A DNA stretch of 60,650 bases, filler included, from Sphacelaria rigidula (Eukaryota): assembly GCA_964200075.2 (NCBI GenBank). It is 7 parts of 7 records of this genome, joined end to end, with 100 filler letters (N's around TTAATTAATTAA, not from the genome) between each part and the next. Parts side by side here need not be neighbours in the genome. Positions count along the whole stretch, not along the records: positions 34,717 to 43,294 come from CAXNAA020010718.1; positions 43,395 to 51,972 come from CAXNAA020010719.1; 5 more parts are not named here. The stretch is one strand, 5' to 3'. Under the pieces are notes generated by a model that was not told where the DNA came from, did not search any database, and was given only the letters and a program-made list of their open reading frames with translations. A program made the translations under genes and the position numbers. Shown piece by piece: positions 37,150 through 49,800 of this stretch (position 1 is its first letter; every line of letters begins with the position of its first letter).

Positions 37150-37600
37150 GCCTCAAGGCGACGGTGCGTAGGCCGAGTTTGGCGCCCAAGCTCATGACGA
37201 CTTGGACGGGTCCATAGAAAGTGGTGGAAGCGAAGAGTGAACATGTGTACGGAGTGCGAAAAATATTTTCAGGAGCGGTGCGTGTCGTGCATGTGACTCG
37301 AATGAGGTTTTCTTCGAACAGCGAGTTAGAAATAACTTGCGAGTTGAAGCATGTTTTCCAGCATGCGTACACACGAGGTGAATCACCATGTCTGCTATTG
37401 TGGGCATTGGCGAGAATCCTACTGAAGATGTTATTAACATCAACGTAGAATGGGCCGGATTCGATCACGATCAAGTGCCCGGGTGCCGTTGTCAAAAATA
37501 TGGGAGAGTGCTCCGCAATTTTCAAGGAGAGAGTTGCGTAAGATGGGTCTGCACCAAGGCGTTCATGCTGGGTTGCAGTCGGAGTATGGAATCAAACTGC
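37150..37600 (+). mobile_element. Ty3/Gypsy integrase C-terminus remnant (GPY/F motif + chromodomain)
   Basis: PKLMTTWTGP*KVV...VHVTRMRF, then SAIVG...INVEWAGFD.../VPLSKIWESAPQF; stops and frameshifts present. Confidence 0.75.
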
Positions 37601-38867
37601 AAATATCTCGCGGGTTCAATTGTGTTTTTTTTGTGTCCAGATGTTCAAGGAACTTCGTAAAGGCGATAGTACTGATAAGCTGCCACCTTTCACAGAGACG
37701 AGAAAAAGTGTTGGGCATGACGCAATGTTGATACCAATTTATTTGTTTTCAAGCTACCGAGAGATATGCTTTCAAGTAGTTCGTGGCTTTGGGTGGTGCC
37801 GTGGAATAGAGCAGGAGACAGAACTATTGCGGCAGCTTTCACGGTCGTATATGATTGGTTAACAGAAAGTGTCGGTTTCATGTGTTGAGAGAAATGCGGC
37901 GAAACTTCGACGAGGATATGGATGCATCCTCGAGGTCGGTCCTGAATAAACGAAGAGCTGTGTGGTGTGTTATCCACCAGTCTTGAATGACCAAACGAGA
38001 ACGTGACAAGAGGGTTTCTCAGAGACCAACAAACTTGCGCTGAAAGTATCTACGCGATCGAGGGGTATTAGGCCGACAAAAACGTCATTGGGCATCATCG
38101 CTGAAAGTGTGGGGAAAACACTGTTTTAGGCTTGAACCTCATCTCGGAGTTAAACCTCAATTCGCACAATTTGTTGTTAAACGTTGATTCTAGCGTTCTT
38201 GTCCTGTTTTTTTTCAATTCATGGAGTTTTTCTTTCTTTTGCGTAAAATACGAATTGGATCTTTCGCCCGCCCGAAAATACCAGTTTCGTTTCGCCTTTT
38301 TGTATCTCTTCAATTCAAGAGTTGGTCTTACATATTTTGGTAAGAAAAATGCGGGTAGATTTCCGGCAGATGCACTCACTGGAGTTCGTGTCTAAGAACC
38401 ATCTGATTTCCGGTGATGAAAAGGTGAGAACGTGACTAGCAAAAATGAGTTTGTTGAAGAGAGTGGACGCGGCGCGGGAGTGCTGATCCCTTGCAAGTAC
38501 GAACCCGTCGTTTCGCGGTCAAGCTGGGTATCCCTCACGACCAGCCGACCATGCGTCGTCGTCCGTCTTCTCGCCGTATTGCCTGCGTACAATACCTCTC
38601 AAAAACGCAAAAATGCAGACAACTGCAACTACGGGAGGGGTTGTCATTGGGACGAAGAAATCNNNNNNNNNNTGATACCCCACGTATCCTCCTTCGCGGA
38701 CTATTGAAGCGACTCGGGAAGTACAAAGTACCTGGAGTATCGTGCTCTATCCTAGGCAACTTGAGGATGCTCGTTCGGCGCGCGCCGCGCAACCCGTTGT
38801 ATGCATAACACAAAAGCTTTGGACAGTTCTCCTGGCAACTCGGTTACTGTAGCTTCATGCTGATATC

Positions 38868-38897
38868 TGTTGTTGTTGTTGTTGTTGTTGTTGTTGT
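38868..38897. repeat. (TGT)10 microsatellite
   Basis: Directly visible. Confidence 0.95.
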
Positions 38898-39306
38898 CCG
38901 GAAAAATCAACAAAGACTCGTGACAATAAATAGAACGAATGGTGAGAACCCCAGATTTCCGGTTCCGCAGGCGACCAATCGGACTGAAGGAGATAAACGA
39001 AAAATATGCACAACGTTTTCGGAATACCTGTACTGAAAGTCCCACTCAAATCGACACAGTTTTTTCGGAAATCTCCGAAATCGTCGGGACTGGCAAGGTA
39101 CCCAATGATTCTCGGATGCCTGCGAGCGCTACGGCGTTTTCACAGGGTAGCTCTTCACAGTGCTGCGTTCCAGTCCGAAACTCTCGAAATTATTCAATAT
39201 TGAAGCTTCGGAGAAAATATCAAGCCGCTTCATTTTCGGAGAGGTCTGAACGCAGAGCCCGAAAACTCTAAAAAATTGTGAGATCTCTGGAAAAACCAAT
39301 GGCGAC

Positions 39307-39568
39307 GAGCAATGCTACGGTAGGGGTGCACTTTTTTCGCAGAATCTTGTCTAGTTCAGGGGCTCCTAACGATTCTAGATGCACAATAGTATGGGTCAGG
39401 GCATCCCCGTTTGCAAATTCATTCAGGATATCCCCAGCACATTGGAGTAGTAATCCTGGTGTACTACTTTCACATGTTTTCATAAGTTACGTTATGGATG
39501 AGATAAAGGGCTCCTCACAATTCTAACCTCAGAAAATATTTGCGCACCCCCCTACCGTAGCATTGCTC
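39307..39568. mobile_element. MITE, 262 bp, GAG-starting TIR with 4-bp TSD (Sola-like signature)
   Basis: TIR GAGCAATGCTACGGTAGGGG at 39307 and reverse complement ending at 39568; flanked on both sides by CGAC (39303-39306, 39569-39572). Confidence 0.8.
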
Positions 39569-39889
39569 CGACAATAATGGACCCAAGAGGGACCTCTGGA
39601 CGGAGGCCGTGTCTCATCTTACCCAGGGCGTGGGTGTGTGTGTCAGGTATGACTTCTCACTCGGTGTAATGGAACGGAGCGTGTAGGGACACGACATGGA
39701 CTTGGACTAGACTTCGAAAGCCAAGGCCTGGGGTTGAGAACAGACTGGCGGATCGGGGGTGCCCTGCAGTGACGAGCATGGCTATCCCAGACTGGGGATT
39801 GCAGGATGACAGTCCCAGGGTTGACAGGCCCGGGATGAAGGTCCGGGTTGACATGCCCGGGGTTATTAGTAAGCGGGTCGGGTTATATA

Positions 39890-42231
39890 TGTCAGGACTA
39901 AACTGTGTGTAGTACCCGGAACGTGTCGCAGTGGCAGGCGCCACAGCTGCTACGCTGATCGGGAGAAGGACGTAGACACAAAGTACGCAGCTTGTATTGA
40001 TGGTTCGAGAGAACGTAGAGAGAAGAGTGAAGAAGAAGGTGGCATTCTACATATCTACAGTGCCATCATTCTGACGGTTACAACAAGTTGAACCGTAACC
40101 AACCACAGCGACTATTCTGTGTCTCACAGTCCGAAGGACAGGCTGCAACTATGACAACGCATTGATGCTCTTGAACGTTGACTACTAAATAAATAGATGT
40201 ATATCATTCTGGAAACTCCCCCTCAACGGAAGTAGCATCTTGAAAATATCATACTCTATCACGACAATCTTAAATGAATAACGTCAGTATAGTTTTAATA
40301 AGTCAACAGCACATTAAACACACCAAAGCCTGACTGACTAATTTCGAAGAGCTTACAGATGGTAAATAAATACATTCAAATTTAAAACTAGTAACACTAC
40401 TGCTACGATAAGCTATCCACTCCGTGCCAGTCGTGCTTTCGTCGTCGTCGTTGTATAGGTCTTGATTGCTTGAACAGTCACATTGGTGTTGGTTCAATCA
40501 GTACATGGGTAGTTTTCTTTTGACAAATAAGATGCAAAAGTTACAAAGAAAGAGGACACAAAAGGCAAGACACGAAAGGCATGCTCCTCCGCCCCAAATT
40601 GGCTCCCCCTTCCAAGCTTTTTGTTAGTTGTTGAATTTATTTTGATGAGATTCATGAGGTAACGGAACCTCTGAGTTGAAATGAACTTTGTTCCAATGTC
40701 AGCTATTTGATTCTCTTTTTCAAAGTAATGAACTGTGATCTTCCCAGATTCCACCAATTATTTCATGAAAAAAAAACGCAAAGCAATGTATTTCGTCCTT
40801 CCGCTGAAAATATGGCTTGCAATCACTCGAAGAGTTGCTGTATTGTCTAGATAGATAGGTACAGTGTTGACTGATGATCCACATTCCATCTCAATGATCA
40901 TGTTCGAGCAATAGACCGCCTCCTTGATGGCAAGTGCTCCGGCAACCAGGTCCGCTTCCATCGTTGATTGTGCAGTACGTCCCTGTAGCCCAACTTTAAA
41001 CCTAACCGGGGCTCTCGCCAGCATGATATATGATGACGTGGATTTGGAGTTGTCGGGATTGTTCCCCCAGTTGGCGTCTGGAAATGGCGTCAAGTGAAAT
41101 TTTCCCTTCTTGCAGTATATGCTGTGGTTGATCGATTCAGCCGAATATCGGAGGAAGAGTTTTGCTCCACCCATCTATGGAATTCCGGGCGCAGCCGTGG
41201 CTCGAGCTAGCTGTTTGACAGCGTACTGATTATCATAGCGAGTTACTTGTGCCAGATACATGACTGATCCAACAATGGATTGATATCGTTTTGCGTCCAC
41301 CTCGTTTAGCAGCTTTTCCACCGGTTGTTTGATGGAAATCTCGGGACCAGTTCTAGGTGTGATCGCAGGGTTACACTTATCCATAACGAATCGTTGTGTA
41401 TTACCCTTGGTGAACGCTGATTGATTTATGGTGAGGTGTCCAAGAGTCCTGTCCCGGGTGACCTGCATCCCCAGAACTAAGGATACGTTACCCAAATCAG
41501 CCGCTTTAGACTCGGCCATTAATTTTCGTTCCAGCATATCTAAAACCTTTTTGTCCTTTCCAGCGATTAATAGGTCATCCACATACAGTGTGAGAGTAGC
41601 AGAGACCTTTTCTTGCTTTTCCGTTTCCAAGGCCGTCAACTCATCCAAGTGCTTCGAAATGTAGATATATACAAACGGGTTGGACTTGAGAGCCCCAAGT
41701 CCAATCTGCCCCAAGTATTTGTCCACAGTAACCCACCAGTAATTAGGCGACTGTCGGAGTCCATACAAAGAACGCGAAGGTGACTCAACTCACGTGGATA
41801 TCCCGGCACAAGCGCCCGAGATGCGATGATCCTAATACAAGCGCCTCAAAGGGAGAAGAGAGAGTCTTCCCGAAAACTCCCAAAGAAACTCGAGAACACG
41901 AGGCCCATTATCTGTCACGACTAAACTGTGTATGTAGTACCCGGAACGTGTCGCAGTGGCAGGCGCCACAGCTGCTAAGCTGATCGGGAGAAGGATGTAG
42001 ACACAAAGTACGCAGCTTGTATTGATGGTTCGAGAGAACGTAGAGAGAAGAGTGAAGAAGAAGGTGACATTCTACATATCTACAGTACCATCATTCTGAC
42101 GGTTACAACAAGTTGAACCGTAACCAACCACAGCGACTATTCTGTGTCTCACAGTCCGATTGACAGGCTGCAACTATGACAACGCATTGATGCTCTTGAA
42201 CGTTGACTACTAAATAAATAAGCATATATCA
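39890..42231 (-). mobile_element. internally deleted Ty1/Copia LTR retrotransposon
   Basis: TG...CA direct repeats at 39890-40206 and 41913-42231; PPT-like GAGGGGGAG near the 3' LTR; PBS-like GATAATGGGCCTCG after the 5' LTR; only RT C-half and RNase H remain. Confidence 0.92.
40640..41770 (-). pseudogene. Copia RT (C-terminal part) and RNase H, disrupted
   Basis: YGLRQSP..W, LYVDDLL, LGMQV, YQSIVGS, DANWG, STMEA, DN, KYIALRF, QIADIGTK; in-frame stops at 41175-41177 and 40758-40760. Confidence 0.93.
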
Positions 42232-42448
42232 TTTCTTGACATTATAAAGATCATAGTCACACTATGTAGGTTGTGTTTCGATAAGGTGGGGGGGGAGGGG
42301 AAGGCCGGTGATGATGATGATTTGGTGTTCCGTGGAATGTTGGGTTCCCAATGTTATTTAATGTTGAAACGTGTATTTTCTTCTGTATTTTCCCCCTCCC
42401 CGCATGTGTCTTGTTTTGCCCACGTGTTGTGTTCCCGACGAAAAATAG

Positions 42449-42508
42449 GTGGAAGGCTTTGAGGACTTCAAAGAAGGGGATATCATCGAGTGCTATAAAC
42501 TGAAGTAA
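42449..42508 (+). pseudogene. infB: terminal IF-2 exon VEGFEDFKEGDIIECYKLK*
   Basis: TAG acceptor at 42446-42448, phase 0 matching 36592; F.D..EGDIIE.Y is the canonical IF-2 C-terminus. This exon is itself intact. Confidence 0.8.
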
Positions 42509-43138
42509 GGGGAACCAACTGACTCTATCATCCAATACACGCGCGTGCACGGGAGAGAGCACAAGTCGCCGGAGAGGAGGAGGCGTGAAGCCCCGAATAC
42601 CTCAGCAATGGCGGGATGACGTGAAATATGAGATTGACACGGCAATACTGCTGACTCGCAAGTCGTGTTGACCGTCCTGCTTCAGTGGGGACGATGACTT
42701 GGCGAGACATGGAGAGAGGTTCGAGGACGATTCTTCAACAATGAGCATACTTGCCTCCATCTACAATTTTTCTGTCCGGGTTGTGAATACACCTGCTATT
42801 TATCTTATCTCTCATGATGCTTGTTTTTACTTATGACAAGGGTCTGTCGAGAATTTCTTCACGGACACGGAGTCCCCCCCCCCCTGCCGGAGGACAATTT
42901 TTCGAAAGTTGTCATGATTTTTTACATTTGTTTTGCAATTTTTTGTTGAATTTTTTGTTGAATTTTTTGTTGAAATTGTTGGAAGAAATTGATCCACAAG
43001 CACTGACAAAAAACCGAAAATTCTGGCGGGCTTTGCGAGTTTCGTATCTTTGCTCCTACTCCTTGCCCGCCCTGTCCCAATGACCTCGGATGCCGGCAAC
43101 GCTCACACATATCCTTGTACGATACACGAGCGCACGGT

Positions 43139-43294
43139 AGCGACAGCCTGTAGCCAAAGTAGCAACATTATTTCACGCCTCTCAAATTTTCCCGGACTAC
43201 TCGTAGTAAGTAGTCGAGGCACACGACCACGAGTAGTCCGGGAAAATTTGAGAGGCGTGAAATAATGTTGCAACTTTGGCTACAGGCTGTCGCT
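43139..43294. repeat. near-perfect inverted repeat (66-bp arms, 24-nt loop)
   Basis: 43139-43204 pairs with 43229-43294 with one mismatch; it ends exactly at the contig edge. Confidence 0.92.
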
Positions 43295-43394
43295 NNNNNN
43301 NNNNNNNNNNNNNNNNNNNNNNNNNNNNNNNNNNNNNNTTAATTAATTAANNNNNNNNNNNNNNNNNNNNNNNNNNNNNNNNNNNNNNNNNNNN
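43295..43394. other. artificial contig linker
   Basis: N44-TTAATTAATTAA-N44. Confidence 0.98.
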
Positions 43395-43799
43395 GATCGG
43401 CTGAAGTAAGGGTTGATACGCCCATCATTTCGATCCCTAGTATACCAGTACTTACTGTGCGTGTGCGTATGTGTGTGTGTGCGCGTTCGTGTGTGTGAGT
43501 GTGTTGCCATCCCATCCATCCTGTACCTTGACAGGATTATTTACGTGTTGGTTTACCGCAGGCTCGCCTCAGGTGGCACAAGCATAAAATGCAAATGATG
43601 ACCACTACCAGCGTCTGCACGCAGGCTAGATGACGGCCTCGGGTTACAAATCCCCAGGATTTTTTCATGGACTATGAGATGGGGTTCTGAAAATTGATTT
43701 CTCTGGAGAAAGTCTCTGAGAAAAGTCGTCCAAAATGATTATTCTCAGAGACTTTTTTCAGTCTATAAGAAGCGGCCTAATATATCACCCAACTGACGG

Positions 43800-43886
43800 A
43801 ACAAAAAAAATCCGTCGGGATTCGGACTCGTGACTCCCATAGCTAGAGTCAACTGCATCACTTGGCTTAAAGGAGCGCAGCCGTGG
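43800..43886 (-). mobile_element. tRNA-derived short repeat, copy 1
   Basis: Homologous to 46760-46848; degenerate B-box (GAGTCCGAATCCC on minus) followed by a T-run. Confidence 0.5.
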
Positions 43887-46759
43887 CACACGAAAAGTTG
43901 GATGCTGCGCCTACTTTCTGGATTTTTTGGCCAATATTGCACCAGGATCTCCTTGACACAAGGGCGCACAACTACACTAGGGATGCCCTCGTATTTCTTT
44001 ATTTTCACGGAGTTAACCCTTTTGGAACCCTCCCCTCCCGTCCGCGGGCCAGACGCCTCATTATGAGAAGCCCTGACAAGGAAGAAAAGATGGAAATAGA
44101 AAAGACCGACGGCAACCATTTTCATTGTGGAAGACCAAAAAAGACTCCAGACGCACACGTCATGGATATACCGAAAATGAAACCCCGGAGCGGTCGGGTT
44201 AGGTTTGTCCAATGATATCACGCGACGGGCGAAGTGTGTCCAATTGTGTGCATCGACGAAACTCTCGCAAACCAGTACAAACTCCTATACAGGTGATTTT
44301 TGTCAGTAAAATCTGCGAAATACCTCAATTCGGGTTGGGCACGAACCCGTCACATTAGTATACTTGAAGTTAGAGTGGCGCACTAGTATACTTGAAATTA
44401 GAATAGTGCACGGTTTTGGTGGGCTGTATCGTCAACACTTCGCGAGCGTAGGAAGCCACACTACACGGCCGGCGACAATGATATGGCGGAGCACGTGGAA
44501 ATCCCGTCGCCACATGTGGAAGCGCTGAAGAGCGACCCATATGCAATTCATGTTCAGCTGGAAGAGGTGGCTGAGAAGCATGGCCAGGACGCTGCCAGGC
44601 GTTTCGCTGAAAAATCTACAAGAGCGGTTGGGGCAGCCCATGCCCCCTGGCGCACACCGCCCCCCCCCGCTCGCTTACTGAACGTCAACACAGTAACCGC
44701 GACAAATGAAAACGCTGCGAGGCACGCACGATTATGTCGGAGACACCAGGCGGACGTGATTGCAAGCTCCCAGACGGATGGTGTACTAGCAAAACGGTCG
44801 ACAAACGGCCGGGACAGCCTTTCGCAACCAGCCAAACCCAATTACAACTACAGTCCAGTATAACTGAAGAACGATGTAACGGTTTTCCATGCCAGAAGAC
44901 AGAAGGTATGCAATATCATTGCATGAAACCCCGATGCCACCCACGACGTAAGACGGTCCAAAGGCGATAGCGCCAGCCGGAGTAATACACGTCACGCCGC
45001 ACAAAGTACGGCTGTGCAACGTTCAGACATGACCAACCCCCCAGTAAAGAGCTGGTGTCGTGGGAACGTACAGCACAAAGCGCAGGATGAGATATACCGT
45101 AAGATCACAGCCTAGAAAGTGACTGCCTGTATCGGATATGCCGAAGTAACGGCCCCCGCCTACGCTTCACCAGGAGTATATATAACGGCGGGGTACATGA
45201 CATCCTCGACGCCGTCATGGAATGAATGATCAAACCGCAGTTTGGTGCCGTATAAGCGCGTACGACAGAGTACAGTAGCGTGCACGGCATGAGTTTACCC
45301 TTGACATGAGCTAAAAATATCATGATCACACGCAGCACAGAGGAGTAAGTGAACACACCCCCACAGGGCCTGACGGTGACTGTCTGCGAATATAGACTGT
45401 AGACGGGGGCATGAGTGAAGTAAATGTGCCGTCGGTTTCGCCTTCGTTATTTCAACTTAGGCGCAAGCTTGCCATGATGCGGTGCAAATCATCTACTGCA
45501 TGTGCGGCGTGAAGATTGCTTCACGGAGCGTCAGCCGTGCACTTTAGCCGGGGTTACAAAACACCGACGGGTCGAACAATTCGTCATTCCCGTAAAATAG
45601 AGAACCTTCGGACCTTCTTTTCGTCCACAATCCGTTCGCACGGGTCTGAAAAACACACTTTGGGCGAATCGTTTGCTCAAAAGCTGTAGAAAAACAACCA
45701 TTTATTGTGGGGAATAACGTCAAAATGTAAATCGTCAATTTTCTGTCAACGGTTCCAAAAGGGTTGAACGCGTAGCGTTTTTCTAGTTTTTGCAGAAACT
45801 TCAAATCGCTCTAACTTTATGTTTTGTTTCGTTTTTCTTGGCATCCCCAGAAAGGTTGTGCGCAGTGACGATGAAAATGTTCTGTCAGAATTTCAGCGCC
45901 CAAGGCTTCGGATTACCACTGCATTCGCAAATCACTGTCAGCTGACCCAGCTCGTACCTGTCACGGAGCGCGGGAGATATTCGTGCTTGAGATGATCTGA
46001 GAAATGAACGGAGATAGTAGAAGACTGATGAGGGCAGGGATTACATTCCATTATACCTTGGGTACATGTTTCTTGTGACCACGGCTGGATGGCTAGCGGG
46101 TCAGTCTTGATGTGTGACAATAAGTAAGGGAACAAATCGCGCGAGGTTGCCCCCATCTCACAGGCGGCGGTGATTCCGTAGGTACGGGTTTATTTCCATA
46201 GTGCACGAATTTCAAGTTTTTTTTTTCCCAGTCCCACTACGTTCCGTAGTGCATTTCATGGTACAAACTTGATTCTAGTATCCACTACGCTGCACATGGT
46301 TTTGCCGATCTTCTTGAGCCTGTGGCCCCAGTACAGTACCGTGCGGCGACAGGATAATAATATCCAAGACAGCAACGGCCTCACAAGCTGTGCTGTGCCT
46401 ATTGGCATACAGGTTAGCCCACCCAACGTCTGCTTTGAGTGTCGCCGTGCCCGTGGTATGGTTGCTGGGGCTGGGGTTGGCATTGCTGTCTCTATTTGCG
46501 CTCAGCTTGTTGCTGCATCCTGCGCGGCTTTGGATACGGGGCATGAGATAAGATGGCTTCATCGTCGTCTTTGTACGAGCTGGGCCAGCAGTAAATCCCG
46601 CATTCGCTTTCCACACCACAACTTGTAAAGTTTTCCGGATCTGCGCGACTCGAGCATATCGCTATGAAGTGCAGACCAACCTGGTACGCACGACACCACC
46701 GCTGAATGAAGAAAGAAGAAGAAAAATGTACTGCATAATATATAACCTTATCGACGGAC

Positions 46760-46848
46760 GAAAAAAAAGAGAATCTATCGGGATTCGAACTCATGACCTC
46801 CATAATTGGAGTCCCCTGTATCACTTGAATTAAAGGGGCGCAGCCATG
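46760..46848 (-). mobile_element. tRNA-derived short repeat, copy 2
   Basis: Minus strand GGCTGCGCCCCTTTAATTCAAGTGA...GAGTTCGAATCCCGA...TTTTTTT: A/B-box-like motifs and a Pol III terminator-like T-run; no convincing cloverleaf. Confidence 0.5.
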
Positions 46849-49800
46849 TTAGACCCACTTTTATGGCAGGCACGAATCTCGATTTTCCAAAATCGGGGGG
46901 TCACACGATCTCGGAACGGTTTCCCCCGATTATTTTGAGGTGACGTATGCGCATTGACGGACACTGCCAGACTACGAGGCGTTTGATATTTTTGCACCGG
47001 CAGCAGAAGACAGTCTCGTGACAGCACAGTGTGTGCGTACTGCCCGCGGCAGCTGCTGAAGCAACTTCGCATGGGGTTTGACAAGCGGATAATAAGTGCT
47101 GATGCCGTGCCCTGCGATGGTGATATTTTTTGCTGCGCTGCGCTGTCATATATATCACTATAACGAACGCTGCTGCATTCCCCTAGCTGTTGTCGCTGTA
47201 CTTGAGGGGTGATGTGCAGACTGCACTACTGAACTCTGCTCGCGCACTTTATTCTCTGTTCTCGCAATACCGACTGTGCCATCATATACTACCACACGGC
47301 ATTATCATGCACTGTACTGATGAAGTGTCCTGCACTGTATTGCCCTAGGGTATCAAGATACGACACTGTACTCGAAGGATTGTTGACCGCCTGCCTGCTC
47401 TTCGGCTTCATGCACGAGTACGCAGTACCACACTCATGCAAAAAATGACCGTCCGTGAACAGAACTGTTTCACAAATCTGTGATACTGTTGCTGTTGTAC
47501 TGACTGTGCCATAAAACGGTCCCCCCAATTTTGAGTTCACGAATGTGAGCCCCCCCGATTTTTTCAAAATCGGGGTTCCAAAAATTCGAGAGTCGTTTGC
47601 CGTAAAAGTGAGTTTCACACGAAAAGTGCGACGAAAAGCCCAATTTAAGGTATCTTGGCCGAAACGCTACCAGGATGTCGTTGACGCGAGTGCCCGTAAG
47701 TGTTGGAGCTGTTGTCGCCGTTTTTTTATCAATTTTTGAGGATTCTACAGCATTTTCCCTGTTTTTTCCCCTCTGCACTATTATACTAATGGAGTTGCGA
47801 GGGTTGATGATTAAAATGTCGTATCTAAATTTCAGCGCCCAACTCTTCGAAATACTAATGGCACCTCCACTCTTCGATTAAAAATCACTGTCAGCTGTTG
47901 CCCAGCTCACATGTTGTTCCAAACTGCTGGAACGGAGTAAATCCTGAGAAAATGACTGTGCCCGCATCAACGCTGCTGGTTCCATTTTGTAGGTTGTTGC
48001 ACTGTTGTTCTGGATGGCTCATGTTGATCGGTGCCATACAGACATGAGAAGCACAGTGCCCACTGGGTGGCCAGCCCCGGCGAATCTTGCGGTACAGATA
48101 CAGATGATATCGCGACAGAAAGTGTTGACGTGAAACGGTGGAGACAACCAAGTACTCTACACACGAGACATCAGACAGCTCACACAATCATGTATGTCTC
48201 TCGTGTGTGTGCGATCCCGTGCGCTAGAGCGCCGCGTCCTTTCGAAGGTATACAGTACGCTTCGCGTGCTTCATCTCTTGGTGCTCATGACAAATATTTG
48301 TGATGCTGGTTACGCATTGTTTCGTCAGCTCTGCTGCTACTGTCCTGGGCTCTAGCAAGCCAACGGAGAAAAATGAAGACCAGATCAGACCCGGACAACA
48401 AATAACCAAATAATGCGATCTTGTTGAGCTATCTGCGGCAGGTATGGCTTGAGTAGCGCACCTGTATCCATCGAAAATCCCGAGTAAGATTCGTACAAGA
48501 ATCATGGAAGACACCGATGAAAATGCTTATTTCAGTTTCATTATTTTATAACAACCCAAACCTATGAAAGCGTTGCCTCATGGACCTCTCTTCCACCATT
48601 TTTCACCCCCTGTTCTTGCGGGCCCATCTCTCACATGACCATCTTTGGATCGGATTCCGAAAGAGGATGTCTCATGAAACCATATTCCAAGCGGACGGCA
48701 AAAGTGTGGTCTTCCCATGGCCGACCGTTCTTGAACGGGGCAACTCACTCACATGACCCTAGGTGGGCTAGTTCAGAAACACGGATACGTGAAAGCGCGC
48801 AAGATTCCGGGCACTTGTAGGTGGAAACAAGCTGCTCCCCGTGCGATTACGATTAATAACTTACTGCGTGCATTTGACGGTCGTCTAAAGATGCTGTGCA
48901 GCTAATCGTGGGTGGACGGCTTCTGAATGCATCGAGGCCTGAGCAAATACGGCGGTCGCCTGTAGACAACTGAATGAGGAACGTGTGCAACGAGTCGCTT
49001 GTAGGCGACTAATGGGTGAATAAGTTGGGCGCATGTAGACCACTACTGAATGAATAAATTGTTCAACTAGACGCTTGCAGATGTCTCCCTACCGGAGAAT
49101 ACTAGGCATCTGTAATAGTTGCAAAGAGGCGAATGTTTGACGATAACGTGCTACAACTGTAGACAACCACTGCCTGAAAGAAATGTTTGTTGGGCAAGTC
49201 GTAGCCTATAGACAACTCATGCTCTCGACTTGAAAGCTGTGAATCTAGCTTTCAACAAAAAAAAAAAAATGTCCATTTTTATATAAGGTGGATGAGTCGA
49301 CCGTTGTCCGGTGTACACAGAAACATGACGGAAACGTGTCAGGTTGGGGAGCGAGTGCGTGTTCCTAAGTTGACCCGAAACTCTCCGAAGTCAACGACGC
49401 TTGCTTCAAAGAAAAATCCATCGAATTTGAGGCAACAACTGGTTGGCAATGTTGGGTATCTGTTAGCCCGCGGAGACTCGTCACCAGAAGAAATTGTGAG
49501 ACTGGGAAAATAGTTGCCTGGAGGCAACAACTGCCTCGTTGCCTACAGATTGTTACTGGATAAGGAACGCGCGCATCAGTTTGTGTTTAGACGACTGTCG
49601 AGCGAGATACCTGGGCGATTAGTCGCCTGTAGACAAACACCCAATGAAAATGTTGGGTGACTAGTCTGTAGACAGTTGCAAGGTGGAAGAGTTGTGCCAC
49701 TAGTCGCCTGTGAACAGCTTCCGATTCAAAATTTCGCGTAACTTTAGCCCGAAGAGAACTATTGAAGAGTTTGGAAGACATTTTTTCCTATCATCGAGTC

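Noticed and set aside
44483-44863. 126-aa ORF MAEHVEIPSP...
   Set aside because: No family motif or splice support.
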